Below, piece after piece: positions 37,856 through 53,100 of a stretch of 64,000 nucleotides of DNA. The notes below the pieces were generated by a model that did no database searches, was not told where the DNA came from, and worked only from the letters and a program-made list of their open reading frames with translations. Both the position numbers and the translations under genes were made by a program. The first letter of the stretch is position 1, and every line of letters starts with the position of its first letter. Location: positions 12,896,001-12,960,000 of the forward strand of contig NC_083426.1 in assembly GCF_020745735.1 (NCBI RefSeq). The letters run 5' to 3'. Origin of the DNA: Hemiscyllium ocellatum. Taxonomy: Eukaryota.

Positions 37856-39309
37856 GTAAGTTGTTGACTTGAATAATTTCTGTGTACTTTAGCTTAAGAA
37901 AAACATTGGAAGAATTCTCTATGCTCACTATCAATAGTTTAAAAAAAATAGTGTAACCATCAAAATATCACATTTCTGAAATCAGCATTCACTAATTTCA
38001 TCTTCCTCAGAGAATATTACCAGAAAAGATATTGATAGATAATGGTAGATACAGTCGGCATTCATTTCATTAACCTTCTAAATATAAAGTACTTTACATT
38101 CAGAATATTAAATGGATGAATATTTTACACAAGTAGAATGATAATTCCAAAACATACCTATTAAGGTGTCCCAAAATACAATGGAGGGATTTCCTGCTTT
38201 AATATAAAGTGAGTGGACAGTTGGTTAAAATATCTGAAGTTGACAATGCGTTATGAAAATGAGGGCAATCCATAAATGTCTGCTTTAACTTCAGCCCAAT
38301 TTCCTTTCCACGGAGCACCCCCGGGAATGAGGAGGGTTTTAACTTTATTACGCAAAGACCTCACTATCACTATGTGATTCTGAATGTAAATGCATTTACA
38401 AAGGTGTCCTGAGTTTTTGTGAAACTTACCAGGAAAAATAAGCTGTGAGGACAATGAAATTTGAGGGACTGAACATCTAGTCAGATTAGAAATTCTTAAA
38501 ATACTGAAATCTTGCTGGTGTGAATACCTTTTATTTGAAGTCTTGTTCTGAGAATGTGTTTTTACTGTGTTAGTAGGAAGGGGTCATGAAGTGAGACTGG
38601 TGAACATGGATGTGGTGTGAGAGTTAAGGGGTTGTGCAGGCTAGGGAGATTGAACATGGGAAATGCAAGGTATGGGGTGAGTCTGGTGGGATACACTTCC
38701 AATGGTCAGTGTGGACTGGTTGGGCTGAATGGCCTGCTTCCATGTTGTGGGGACTGTATGATCTTCTACCATCTAAAGGGACCCATCAATAGGTCTTTAA
38801 ACCACTTGCAGGAGGAATGGTTCCATGTCTTCTGACTTCCTCAGTGACCTGCAACCACCTCGCGATTGCAGGCTTTACTCCAATGTCACTGGCAAAGTGC
38901 TCAATAACCTTAATCTATCAAAGTGATGGGCTAAAGTGAGAGGCCATTCAGCCCACTGCCAACAATCTTTCCACTTTGCCCTCCCACTGTCAGTATTGAA
39001 AAGCTGAAAAGGAAGTTTTATTTCTAAAATCTGCCTTTAACCCAGTCTCAAAAGAACAGAAGCATAATGGACTCAAAATGTTAACCCCCCACACACACTT
39101 TCTGTGGATGCTGTCCACACCTGTTGAGTTTCTCCCACAATTTCTGTTTTTGTTTTTTTCAGAACTCCAGTATCCACGGTTCTTCATTTTATCTCAGCAA
39201 AGCAGAACCTCAATAAGATTAATTAATATGATTATGAGAAAGAGAAGAAAGGGATTCTCATTCTCCAGCATGTTGATTCCTGTATCCCAGGAAACAAAAC
39301 AGCATTAAG

Positions 39310-40210
39310 TGTGATAAAAACCAAAAGTACTGCGGACGCAATAAATCAGAAACAAAAACAGAAATTGCTATAAAATCTCAGCAGGTCTGCCAGCATCTGT
39401 GGAGAAAATCAGAGTTAACGTTTCAGATCCAGTGATCCTTCCTCAGGACTGATAGAAGCTAGGAAAATGTTTATGTGCAGAAGATAGTATAGGGAGGAGA
39501 GGTAAGGATTAACCAAAGAGGCCAAAGAGAGAGAAGAAAAATTGGACAGTCAAAGGAGTGATTAATGATCTGGCGAGGATGATAAATAGCTGTTAGTGGG
39601 GACTGTTAGTGACAAGCAATGGGTATTGTGTAATAGCAGACTGTGTGATAACAAGGCAGGATGTGACGGGGTGGGGGCTGGGACATAGGAACATTTAAGT
39701 CCTGAAGTTATTGAACTTGATTTTGGGTCCAGAAGGCTGCAGGGTCTCTGAGGAAAATGAGGTGCTGTTCTTCCAGCTTACAGTGAGCTTCACTGGAGCA
39801 CTGCAGCAAGCCTGAGAGTGTGATTTTGGCCAGGAAACAGGGTGGGGTGTTGAAGTGGCAGGCAACAGGAAGCTCAGTGTTATTTTTGCAGACAGAACAT
39901 AAGTGTTCTGCAAAACGGTCCCTAGTCTCCACTTCATTTCCCCAATGTAGAGGAGAGCACATTGTGAGCAGTGAATGCAGTGGAGTAGATTATGTGAAGT
40001 ACAGGTTGAGCACTGCTTCATCTGGGAGGTGTGTTTGGTCTCTTAGATATTGAGGAGGGAGGAGGTAAATGGGCAGGTGTTACACCTTTAGCCATTGCAG
40101 GGGAAGGTGCCCTGGGGCTGTGGGGTGGGGTGTGGGACGTTGAGAGTGAAGGAAGAATGGACCAGGATGTCCCGGAGGGAATGGACCGCAGAAGGCAGAA
40201 AAGGGAGGGG
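39310..40210 (-). mobile_element. Degenerate Penelope-like element (GIY-YIG + pseudo-LTR)
   Basis: CSQCALLYIGEMKWRLG / RDRFAEHL in ORFs 39695-40021 and 39708-39962. Confidence 0.75.
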
Positions 40211-40397
40211 AGGGGAATACGCATGTAGTTTGAATTGTGTTACACTCAAAATTGATCTTTTCACTGAATATATTCTCTCAATTCAATACCTTCTTCTTTT
40301 AACTATGTTGAAACCTAATGTCTGCAAGAACAAATTGACTTTGAACAATTGCTTTCTATATGATAATATTTGAAACACATTTTGCTTTTATTTCCAG

Positions 40398-40956
40398 GAC
40401 AATAGGATTTGTAACTTCAGCTGACTGTATTATCAGGACCCTCAGTGCTTTAAAGTGTGGCCTGGCAATTGAACAACAAAACCATTTTCGCCATTTGCCA
40501 CATGTATGGATGGACTCACTGGGTAATATTATGTAATAACCCTGCTGTGTTCTTTCAAAATCATTCATTCTTTTCAAGGACCAAGATAACCAAGTGCAGG
40601 GTAAACACTGCATATAGGTCCAGTTGCTGTATAATTTGAAAATACCAACAAGGTTAGGTCAACCCTCAGTGATAGAGGAGAGCTGAGTAGTTCCAACAAA
40701 GCCAGAAGGTGGAACATTGAAAAAATTACTTGGATCTCCACAAATTTAAGGGGAAACTTCTCTTCCCACAGCTATTCGATGGCAGAGATTCATTTGAGTG
40801 ATGGATTTCTGCAGTAGTGCCTGAACTACAGTCCCATGTTTCAATTTCCATTAATGAATGGATGTATGAGGTCTTACACGAATGACGATTTCTAAGCTTG
40901 TAAGTTTAAATGGAGGCGACAACACTAATGACCATCATTAGTTTATACACAATAAA
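40398..40956 (+). other. Candidate non-coding 3' UTR exon of gene A
   Basis: Strong acceptor tttgcttttatttccAG (40396-40397) downstream of the post-stop donor; AATAAA at 40951-40956. Confidence 0.3.
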
Positions 40957-41189
40957 GACGGATAGATTAATAATGGATGTTTGTCAAAGCATCAATTCTT
41001 CATCCATAGCGTTGATAACTGAAATGCCATTTTTCCATTTAATGTATGTGTACCTGCAATGTATATTATGGACTAGAAATTCTTTGGGGTTCTCTCGAGT
41101 TTTTGTTCCAATATCCTGTCAAAGTTATGCAGGAAATTTGGTAGAACCACCATAGAATTCCATGAAATAATCATCTATCAGCACTTGTT

Positions 41190-41515
41190 TTTATTCATTC
41201 ACAAGATATGGCACCACTGGCTAAGCCAGAATTTACCGATCAATGTGCAGTTAGACTCAACCACAATTCTGTGAGTATGGAGCCACAATGAGGCTAGACC
41301 AGGTGAGGATGACAGTTTCCCTTCCTAAACAACAAGTGTGAACCATATGGGTTTTTTTTCTACAATTGACAATGGATTCACTGTCATCATTAGATTCTTA
41401 ACTCCATATTTCTGTGGAATTCAAATTTTGCCATCTGACGTGGCAGGAATTGAACCCGGGTCCCCAGAATGGTACTTGGATCTCTGGATTATTCTGGATA
41501 ACACTAGGCCATTGC
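41190..41515 (-). mobile_element. Second tRNA-derived SINE family (also 21205-21480, 33715-34090)
   Basis: Minus-strand tRNA-like head and shared body across three copies. Confidence 0.65.
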
Positions 41516-44114
41516 TTCTCCTCCACGTTTATACATTTGCACTTTTGTCAGAGAGCCTCAATAGCTGGGAGAGGTTCCCGAGGAATTCAGGCATGATTCC
41601 CCAATCAATTCAAGTCATGGTGAGGAAGATGTCTGTTTGACCAAACTCCATGCATATGATACTCTCTCCAAGTAAGAGACGCTCTGTCAGAAGCTAGCAG
41701 TCGAGAATTTGTTTCATAGTATGAACTGATTTCTTATTTGTATTCCATAACTACTGATGCGGTTTTGTCCTCAAAAAGCATTTATTTTGTAGCTCCTACT
41801 GACTATGGACAATTTTTTGATAAATTAGAATCTGATAACTGCACGTTATGTTTGTAATGCATTCCCATTTCCATACACTCACATTGGTGGAGAGGTTATC
41901 ACAACAGCCATCAAGGTTACACAATTATCAGATCATACAAAGAAATTTGACGTTACTCCCTCCCCGTTACAATGTTATGACACACCTCTGGAATAAGTGG
42001 GATTTGAACGCAGGTGTTCTGGTTCAGAGGTAGGGGCACTACCACAGCGCCATAACAATCCATAATGCAGCCTGTGTTAGGACACTCAATAGCTAGGAAT
42101 TGTGCTTCGTCACCAGTTAAGCACAGTGGGATGGAATTGCTCCTGATGGTGGACGTCAAATAGGCCCCTGAGCAAACAGAGCTCTACACCAATGTTGAGA
42201 GAGTAGAATCCAGATGAGGAGAAAGTGAGTACCTTCACTGAAGGCAGGAGAAACTCAGCAGGTCTGGCAGCATCTATTCAGAAGCAGAGTCATTTTGGAT
42301 TTGAAAGGTTAACTTTGTTTCTCTGTCCACCTTTGCTGCCAAAGCTGCTGAGATTCTCAGGCAACTTTCAATTTTTATTTCAGATCTCCAGCATCTGCCA
42401 TACTTTGCTTTTATTGAAGTAAGGACACTAGTCTATAGTTTTCAAACTAATCCGATACAAACTGATCATGCCTGCCAGTGCTTAATCCACTCTTCCAATT
42501 TCGTATAAAATGTGCTATAAAATAAACACAATGGCATGGAAATGTTAATCCCTTGCACCTTCAACCTTTGATGTACAATCAATGTTGTCGAGGTATGAAA
42601 CGAAGAGTGTGGTGCTGGAAAAACACAGCAGATCAGGCAGCATCCAAGGTGCAGGACAATGAATGTTTCAGGCATAAGCCCTTCATCCTGATGGGTCTGG
42701 GAGGGATGCTCTTCAGAGGGTCAGTGTGGAATTGATGGGTTGAATGACCAGCTTCTACGCTGTAGGGCTACTATGAATCTAAGCAACCAATGCATCATGA
42801 AATGCAATTAGTTTCAAGGTGTGGACCAGAATGATAAGTATCTTTTGTCAAATTTGTTTCAGGCAGATTACTGTCAACCAGTGCTGAATGGAAACTTTAA
42901 TCAGATGTAAATCAACCACTTAGTCCTGGCAGAAAATTAAGCTCATGTATTGCTGCAACATTAGATTAGTCTTTTCATCTGTTCCTTGTTATTCTTTTTA
43001 TATCTCAAAGTTACATTTGCATCACTTGAATTGCAATTAAAGAAGAAAGAAAAATGTCAAGTAAGGAAAAGAAAGTCAAACAATTTTGCAGGACCACCCT
43101 CATTCCATCTGCTGTCTCAAAGCATCATACAGCCAATAAAACCCTTATTTCTTGAAGTGAAGTTGCTGACCTAATGGAGGAAACACAATAGCCAACTTGC
43201 ACACAATAGGAATCCCATAGCAACAATGTATCAATCAGAAGAAAATCTGTTTCTTTATTGTGTTGATTGAAAGATAACTGTTATCCAACATACCAAGGAT
43301 AATTCTCCTGATTTTTTTCTAAAATAATGCAATTAGATCTTTTATATCTATCTCAGACAGCAGGCAAACCTCTGGTGTTTTATCTAATAGACAGGATGTC
43401 TGACAGTGTAGCACTCCCGCAGTGCTATGTAGATATTAGCTATGATTGCTTTGTTGAAATCCTAGAGTGTGACTACTAGAGTCTTCTGACTTGTTGTTAA
43501 TACGCAACAACTGAGCCACAGCTAACCCAGCATGTGAATTTATTTACTAAAGCCTTCCACCGAGATCTTCAGAGCATTGAAGTTCTGCTTTTGAATTTTT
43601 AGAATTTCTGGGAAACTCTTCAGAGGGTTGGTGTAGATTTGATGGGGCTAACGGCATGCTTCCACACTGTAGAGATTCTACAAAAATGTGAGATGTAAAT
43701 TAAACACATTACAAAGCACATTTAATGAAATGCAGAGTTTAAATTATTTAACAGAGATTGTAGCGATTGTGCGATTGTAACATAGCTCTCAATATTCATT
43801 CTGTCACAAACAATTGAACAGTTGATCTAATTCTTCAAACAACACTAAGAAGCAAAACAATTAGGCTTTTATATAGCATCAGAGTGTAATGCAATAAATG
43901 GGTTTGGTGATTCTTCTTCCAAACCAGTTTGGAAAGTGTCAGGATGACATAACTGAAAACTGTCCTTACAGTCCCCATATATGGTAAATTCAAACTCTCA
44001 AGTGTTAAAGGGAAGGAAATGAGTGGTTAGAGACTACCTCCCAAAAGCCGGGCCAGTAATGGCCAGGAACCAAAGATCTGAGTGTGGATCGTGGAGCTGC
44101 AAAACACTTAAATA

Positions 44115-44154
44115 ATGGGTTTCACCTTTCTATTGTCTATTGTTTTACTATCAG
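44115..44154 (+). CDS. Gene B exon 1, signal peptide (MGFTFLLSIVLLS+G)
   Basis: 40 coding nt then GTAAGA; same length, M-x-FTF start and upstream CACTTAAA motif as gene A leader. Confidence 0.8.
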
Positions 44155-47100
44155 GTAAGACAGTAATGGTGTTTGGATCTTTAGGAGTATGGAAAACTCA
44201 TTCTGATAGGAAATGTGATCGATTGATAACCTTCTGACATTGGGATAGCTGGTAGGGGTTTGGGCAGTTTTTTACTTTTCAAGAAGGGGAATGTTACAAC
44301 ATCTTTAATTGTCTACAGAGAAAAAGACTAACGCATCCCTTATTTTGATATGAACAATACATGGAATCTTATTTCCAAAATTCACATCTCCTACTTTATT
44401 ACTTATTTTGTTTTGGTTGATGTGAAACTAGAATCTTAAATGAAAATGAGGTGAATTTTCTGATCAAGCAGATTAGTTTCCTGCTTGTGCTGAATTTATA
44501 ATTATGCAATTTAACACAGACTTGGATTACTATTGCTCAAATCTCTTTATATTGGCTGACTTGCTGAATTAATTATGAAATTTCAGCTTAGAGTTTAGTC
44601 AGAGAAACATCAATGAATTTTGAGTTAGAGCTGATGCAGAATAGGTATGATCATCAAATGACATTTTCTTTAATACTGCATTCCTTTTGACCTTCACAAA
44701 TACCAATGCAGAAAAGTGAGAAAATTTTGTTGTATCATTCTGCAGTACTTTTAAATGATGGTTAATGTGGAAATATTATCCTCCATTCTTTTAACAAACT
44801 TGTGTGTGAAATATGGTGATGGAGTGGGGTATGTGAAAAAAATCCTGTCTTTAAGGAGTGATGGAAAACTTCTGTATAAATCCAGTTAAGTTGCTTTGTA
44901 CTCATCTTGACCAAACATCATGTGTACACACTAAGAAGTCAAAATCTTACAACTGATTGATTGTAGCAGTTGCTGGTTCTGCCATTTTATATGTGATTAT
45001 TATTGATTTATTTGATCTTTTAAATAGTGAAATGCATTTTCAACTACCGATAAGCCACATTTGCTTCTGTTCAGTACCTGCGAGATACACTTAGTACCAC
45101 TAACGAACAGAGGACTCCATTTCCAAATACTCTATTCTCTGCTCCCTCACATCAACAACCCAACCCATTTAGATTCCAAGAATTCTTACTTCCTTAAAAG
45201 AAAATGCTGACCTGAAGTCATGCACTGATATCTTTCCCTGCCCAACATTTAAACCAGCTGGGAAATCACTATCATCAGAAAATATAAGATGCAATTGTTG
45301 TTTTTAAAAATGGTGCACAGATCCATTGTGCCATCATAGTCCTTTCTCCATTATTCCTGGTAATTTCATGTCAGTGTAAGTGGGTTCAGTGTAAATGGCT
45401 TGATGGGTTGAGGGTGACTCAGCTATTGTTGTGTTGCAACATTGAAAATCTGCAGCCAAGTTCAGATGTTCAAAACTGTTGGAAAAACCTTCTGTATCTG
45501 TAATTATCTGACTTTGAGCAGAATAGGTTCATTAGTCCAAGTAGCTCTGTCAATAAAAATTATATACTTATGGATGATATAAATTAGCAAGTTTAGAGAA
45601 GAGTTGTTGCTCAGGTTGAGGTTCTGGATATAGGTTTGCTCGGTGAGCTGGAAGGTTCAGTTTCAGACGTTTTGTCACCATACTGGGTAACATCATCAAT
45701 GGGCATCCAGATGAAGCTTCATCCGAAGGCTCACTGAAGATGTTACCCAGTACAGTGATGAAACATCTGAAAATGAACCTTCCAGCTCAGCGAGCCAACC
45801 TACATGCAGAAGATATAAATTCTTTGAGCTGCACTGATAGTTTACTGCTGATCTAACAGGGTGGGGCAAAAACTTCTGGAAGTAATTACATTGACAGCTC
45901 CTCTTCCTCCTGGACAGGAATAACAGCCACTTGTCATAGTTCTTTCTTAAACAGAAGAATGCCCTTGTTAGATCTTACATTTTTCAATTCCCTAATATCT
46001 CAGATTTTAGAGCATATTGTCAGACAATTTCATCTGAAGAAAATTAAATTTTCAAAATTCCAATTTTCCCTGTTTTTTAAGAGCACAATTCACATCAATT
46101 AACGTTTAATATGAGCAAATCTTGTCTTCCAAAAGTAGACCTGTTGGACTATAGCCTGGTGTTGTGTGATTTTAAACTCCAGAAATAAAAATTCACTCGA
46201 GGTTAGAATGATATCTGGAAGTTCATTCCAACCAGGAAATAAAATTCCAAATTTGATAATTCAATTACAAAGATTCTGAAATTAAGTATTTACACAGCAC
46301 ACTTTCTCAATCTGCACAAAACACAAAGTATACAGTATTTTAGGAAAGAGGAAATAAGCCATTCCAGTTGACTTGATTACTTTCATCATCAATTAGCTTT
46401 CTTCAAGCAATTCCAAAAAAGTACTTTTGTTAACCAAGCTACAGAGAAACAAATTCTAAATCAACATTTCTTTATTTTAGGGAACTGATAGTCAAAACAT
46501 CCCCAGATCTCAAGCTCCATGGAGCAAAAACACACAAGACAATTTTTAACAACTATTAATGAAAATGGACACAAACCAGACATCAAAGAGTTAATATTCG
46601 GTTCAGGGACCATAGTACAGAAGCTGTTTTCTCTCTGTTTATCTCTAAATCTCTCTATCTCTATATCTGTTTATATTTCTATCTCGATCTCTCTCAACTC
46701 AATGTCTCTCTCTCTCTAACTCTCGAACCTTCTCTCTATCTCTCTATCTCTCTATCTCTATCTATCTCTCTATCTCTCCTTTTCTGTCTGTCTCTCTATC
46801 TTTTTTTTCTCTATCTCTCTCTCTCTATCTTTTTCCTACAACTTATGAACACTTCTTTTGCTTCCTTTCAATCTCAGCTTTTAACTTGCTGTTTTTCTCA
46901 GAGTGAGAGTGGAATGTACAATTAGTTTTACATCCAATTCGCATTCCAAAACGAGTAGCTATCGCACACAGTCACAATGAGGGAGCTTACCTCAATGCAG
47001 CTCAGCTGTGATAAATGTCTGCTGACCAAAGAATTTATCTTTTAATTATTCACGTTGGTTGAGGGGTTGCTAATATTGGCCCAGCTGGTATTCTGTTTGG

Positions 47101-50100
47101 TACCTGTTGTCTCACCCTCAAATGATTCAAGCAGTTTGTAAATTCATCATGAGCTTGAAGTACTAGTATGAAGACATTGTCCTCTCTGTTTCTCTTTCTT
47201 TGTTAAGCACCCTCTTTCAAAAGAGGTGGGTTTGTTGAGGCTCCAATTAGCTTTAACCATTTGATCGATTTGTTTCTTATCTAATGTTTTGTCAATGTTT
47301 TCTCCCTATTCAACAGTGGGGTACTTGATTGTACCAGGTGAGCTAGGGCCTATCGATTGTCCACACACAGCTCAACTCCTTTCTCTCTCTTAGTTCTTAT
47401 AGTGCCACAACTTACAGACAGAATCAACTACATGGTTTGTCCTCTACCTGAAGGGCGGTAGTACTAAACATTCTTCCCCATTTAGGGACCAGATAGTCAA
47501 TAGCAGAGCAGTGCAGCACCCTGTTCCCAACAACAATTGTTGAAGATGGATTTTAAAAGAAATCTGAGTCCTATGTTCAGCTGCACAAATCAGTCTTTAT
47601 TTGGAGTTCCTTGTCACTCAGTCTGGGAAAGGTTCCTTGGACAATCCACCTTTCCCAATTAAGTTAAAAATCATGCAATAGCAGGTTCTGGTCCGACAGG
47701 TTTATTTGGAAATATGAAGGAGTGACACTCCGAAAGTTTGTACCGTACTTCCAAATAGACCTGTTGAACTATAACCTGGAGTTGTGTGATTTTTAACTTT
47801 GTCCACACCAGTCCAACACTGGCCACTCCACATCATGTTTCCCAGTAAAGTACAGGATATTCATACGTTCCACACTATAATGGTTACTTGCAACATTGGC
47901 ATCAGTGCTTTCCAGAGTTTAGATTAGAGTGGTGCTGGAAAAGTGCAGCAGGTCAGGCAGCATCCGAGGAGCAGGAGAATCAATGTTTCGGGCAAAAGCC
48001 CTTCATCAGGAATGGAGGTAGGGAGCCTCCAGGGTGGAGAGAGAACTGGAGGGGAAGGGGGGGAGGGGGGGTTGCTGGGGAGAAGGTAGCAAAGAGTACA
48101 ATAGGTGAATGGGGGTGGGAATGGAGGTGATAAGTCAGAGGGGAGGGCGGAGTGGATAGGTGGGAAGGGAGATTAGCAGGTAGGACAGGTCATGAGGACA
48201 GTGCTGAGCTGGAAGGTTGGAACAGGGGTAAGGTGGGGGGAGGGGAAATGAGGAAACTGGTCCTGACCCACCTGCCTATCTCCCTTCCTACCTATCTGCT
48301 CCACCATCCCCTCTGACCTCACCCCCATCCCCACCCCCATTCACCTATTGTACACTTTGCTACCTTCTCCCCAGCTCCACTATCCCTCACCACCTCCACA
48401 CCGCACCCCCACAACCTCCACCTCCCCACTTAACTCTTTACCCTGGGGGCTCCCTGCCTCCATTCTTGATGAAGGACTTTTGCCCTTAACGTCGATTTTC
48501 CTGATCCTCAAATGCTGCCCAATCTGCTGTGCTTTTCCAGCACCACTCTAATCTAAACTCTGGTTTCCAGCATCTGCAGTCCTCACTTCTGCCTATCACT
48601 GCTTTCCACCTACTGTCTGACCTTTATGCCTCTGCGCAATCATTTGTCAGCTCCATCAGCACAGTGGCTCAGTGGTTAACAATGCTGTCTCACAGCACCA
48701 CAGACCCAGGTTTGATTCCAGCCTCAGGTGATTGTCTGTGTAGAGTTTGCACATTGTCTGCATGGGTTTCCTTTGGGTGCTCCAGTTTCCTCCCACAATC
48801 CAAAGATGTGCAGTTTAGATGTATTGGCCATGCTAAATTGCCCTATAGTGTCCAGGGATGTGCAGGCCAGATGGATTAGCATTGGGAAGTGCAGGATGGG
48901 GTGGGTCTAGGTGGGATGCCTTTCGGAGGGTCGGTGTGGACCTGTAGGGATTCTCTGATACTCAGTGTGTGCTATTTGTTACCTTGTGTATTTTCCTGAG
49001 GTCATCATTCCTGGCAATTTCAACTCAATGCCAGTGGGATTAATTCTATTGAATTCAAAGACTCCGGGCACTGCAGAACCATGTTCAGTGAAGTTGGGAC
49101 CAGCCCAAGGACCCTTAACATGGAGGTGGGAAGAAAGTACACACAGACATTCTCAAGGATTTAAGCTAATAGAAGACAGCAATAACTTGAGAAATAATTG
49201 AAAGAAAATAAATAAATAACTACTCTAATATGGGAAACTGAAATTATTTTCTGATAGACTTTTATAGAGTCATAGAGTTGTACTGCATAGAAAAGACCCT
49301 TCGGTCCAACCTGTCCAGGCCGACCAGATATCTCAACCCAATCTAGTCCCACCTGCCGGCCCATATCCATCCAAACCCTTCAATTCATATACCCATTCAA
49401 ATGTCTTTTAAATGTTGTAATTACACCAGCCTCCACCCATCCTCTGGCAGCTCATTCCACACATGTACCACCCTCAGTGTGAGAAAGTTGCCCCTTAGGT
49501 CTCTTTTATATCTTTCCCTTCTCACCCTAAACCTATGCCCTCTAGTTCTGGGCTCCCCCACCCCAGGGAAAAGACTTTGTCTATTTATCCTATCCATGCC
49601 CCTCATGATTTTGTAAACCTCTATAAGGTCACCCCTCAACTTCCAACGCTCCAGAGAAAACAGCACCAGCCTGTTCAGCCAATCTCTACAGCTCAAATCC
49701 TCCAACCCTAGCAACATCCTTGTAAATCTTTTCTGAACCCTTTCAAGTTTCACAATATCTTTCTGATAGGAAGGAGACCAGAATTACACACAATATTCCA
49801 ACAGTGGCCTAACCAATGTCCTGTACAGCCCCAACATGATGTCACAACTCATGTACTCAATACTCTGACCAATAAAAAAAAGCACACCAACTGCCTTCTT
49901 CATTATCCTATCTACCTGTGACTCCACTTTCAAGGAGCTATGAACCAACACTCCAAGGTCTCTTTGCTCAGCAACACTCCCTAGGACCTTACCATTAAGT
50001 GTATAAATCCTGCTAAGATTTGCTTTCCCAAAATGCAGCACCTCACATTTATCTGAAATAAACTCCATCTGCCACTTATTAGACCATTGGCCCATCTGGT

Positions 50101-53100
50101 CCAGATCCTGTTGTAATCTGAGGTAACCCTCTTCACTTACACTACACCTCAAATTTTGGGATCATCTTCAAACTTACTAACTGTACCTCTTATGCTCACA
50201 TTCAAATCATTTATATAAATAATGAAAAGTTGTGGACCTAGCAACGATCCTTGTGGCACTCCACTGGTCACAGGCCTCCAGTCTGAAAAATAACCCTCCA
50301 CCACCACCCTCTGTCTTCCACCTTTGAGCCAGTTCTGTCTCCAAATGGCTAATTCTTCTTTTATTCCGTGAGATCTAACCTTGCTAACCAGTCTCCCATG
50401 GGGAACCTTGTCAAACTCCTTACTGAAGTCCATATAGATCACATCTACTGCTCTGCCCTCATCAATCCTCTTTGTTACTTCTTCAAACGACTCAATCAAG
50501 TTTGTGAGACATGATTTCCCACATACAAAGCCATGTTGACTATCCCTAATCAGTCCTTGCCTTTCCAAATACATGTACATCCTGTCCCTCAGGATTCCCT
50601 CCAACAACTTGCCCACCACCAACGCCAGGCTCACTGGTCTATAGTTCTCTGGCTAGTCCTATCCACCCTTCTTAAACAGTGGCACCACGTTTGCCAACCA
50701 CTTGTCCTCTGGCATCTCACCTGTGACTATCAATGATACAAAATCAGCAAGAGGCCCAGCAATCACTTCTCTAGCTTCCCACAGAGTTCCAGGGTACACC
50801 TGATCAGATCCTGGGGATTTATCCACCTTTATGCATTTCAAGACACCCAGCACTTCCTCCTCTGTAATCTGGACATCTTGCAAGGTGTCACCATCTACTT
50901 TCCTACATTCTACACCCTCCAGATTCTTTTCCACACTAAAATTATTGATAATCATTTAATTATTAAAATAAAAGTCTGAGGTCTATACAGCGAGCACAGA
51001 AACAAAAGTCCAAAATTGCACCACTTTACAATGTGCATTGTGAAGACAACAGGAAAATGGCACTGAGATCCTGATGTAATCTCATTCTTTCACCCCGAAC
51101 AGCAGCACCCTTTACCAAGCCAACTTGTCCTGTATCGAGGTGCTAAACTCTCAATCCCAGCTCTAGAACGTGTCATTTATGGACAGGATGCCAGATTCCC
51201 AAAGCAACTGTTCCATTCACAAGTGTACCTTGGCAAGATGTTTCCACAAGGACGGAGAAATGGTTTGGAGATGTCTTCAAAGCTTCCTGAAGAAATCAAA
51301 CGTAACCATGTCACATGGGAGTTCCTGGTTTGTGACCAACCAAAATGGAGAAGGCTTGTTTCAAAAAAGCAACTAATTTGTTCAGCAACTTTGGAAACTG
51401 AAGCTGTGAAGTATTAGAGGAAGTGCACAAACTTCCAAACAAAGCCTTCCATAATCCTTCAATCAGCACATGACAGAGCCGGCAGATTCACACTGGAGAG
51501 GTTCAGAACCCATTGAATCAGAGCGGAAGCAAGCCTTTGGGAACAGCAAACTGCCTTCAGAAAAGATAATATTCAGATCTCTGATATTTTTAAAAGCCCG
51601 ACAGTTTGCGCTTCCTTGCACTCACCTTGTTCTGTGATGCCCAAGTGCATCTCATGTCGTATCTTGCTTTAGTAACAAATCTTCAAATAGCAACAACTGT
51701 CAGAGGAAGTCTGTTTCAAGGGTAGAGACAGATGTGGTATTGAACCACACAAGCAGATTTACTGTGTGTTTCTTGTACTCAATAACAGGAAATCTGAACA
51801 TGACTCAGGAGGAACAAACTGCTCTAAAAACACACCGCAAATTCCCATCAGTTAAACTCTGGTTTGGACCCCACATTACAGGCAAGTTCTCTGGGTGCAG
51901 TAGTTTACAACTTCATCTGTCCTAGCTCTAAGTCTCTTCCCTCCCCAGAACCAACTCACTCATTCTAGAGCAATATCTTCTCCCTCTCTTCCACAAACTT
52001 CTGCATCCGTTCTGTCAGTTTCATTCCTTTCAGTTGACTTCCATTCTGCTCCACTCTTTGCCTGAAGTCTCCAGTGCTGCTACCACACACCTTCTCACCT
52101 AAAAGAGAGGCAGTGTGACAGCCATGAATATTACATGGCTGGGTGATGGGCAACACAACAATGTGAACCATTATTTCTCAGACTGGAGGAAGGCACATGA
52201 TGCAACTCTCCACTGGTCACCAACAGGATGACTGCTTTTCTTGATGCACGGTAACGATCCAGACTGGGATTGCCAAGATACAATTTCAACGTTTACAGAT
52301 GTGATAAGGCTTAGAGCCATGTGGGGGATAGGAAATAATTTCAAGAAAGCAAACATGATATGGCGGAATGGGTAGACAGGTATGTTATGAAATATAAAAA
52401 TTGAAAAATGTGAAGTGCTTTGCTTTGGTAAGAAAAACGAGGAGAGGCAATGTAAGTTAAAGGCTACAATCCATAGGCGGCAGAGAACCTGGTGTTCTCA
52501 AACCACAAATTGTTGTCTACATTAGGGAAGCTTGGGGAAGTGATTAATGGAGTGTATAACTTTATAAATAAATGCATAGTGTACTAGAGTACATAAACTG
52601 TGGTGAACTTTTTACAGACACTGAATTAGTCACAACTGGAGCATCATGACCAATTCTGGATTCCTCACTTTTGGAAGGGTGTGACAACATCAGGGATGAT
52701 GTGGAAATAATTAATAGGAATGGTTCCTATGATGAGTGTTTATAGTTGGGGAAGCAAGTGATGTTTTCTTTTGAGAAGTGAAGATTAAGGAGACATTATT
52801 TAGAGATGTACAAAATCTAGAGTGGTCAGTTGTACAAGGTAATGATTCTGAGTGGGTGAAATTGTTAATTCCATGCAATCTCATGATGTTGCACATTCTT
52901 GGGTACAGAATGGAAACATTGTGCTTGAGATCACAATGTAATCTGAATATCATTCCAGTTTCCCAACACTTATTGAACAAAGTTAAAAATCACACAAGAC
53001 CAGGTTATAGTCCAACAGGTTTATTTGGAAGCACTAGCTTTCAGAACACTGCTCCTTCATCAGGTGGTTTTGGAGCAGGATCATAAGACACAGAAATCAT

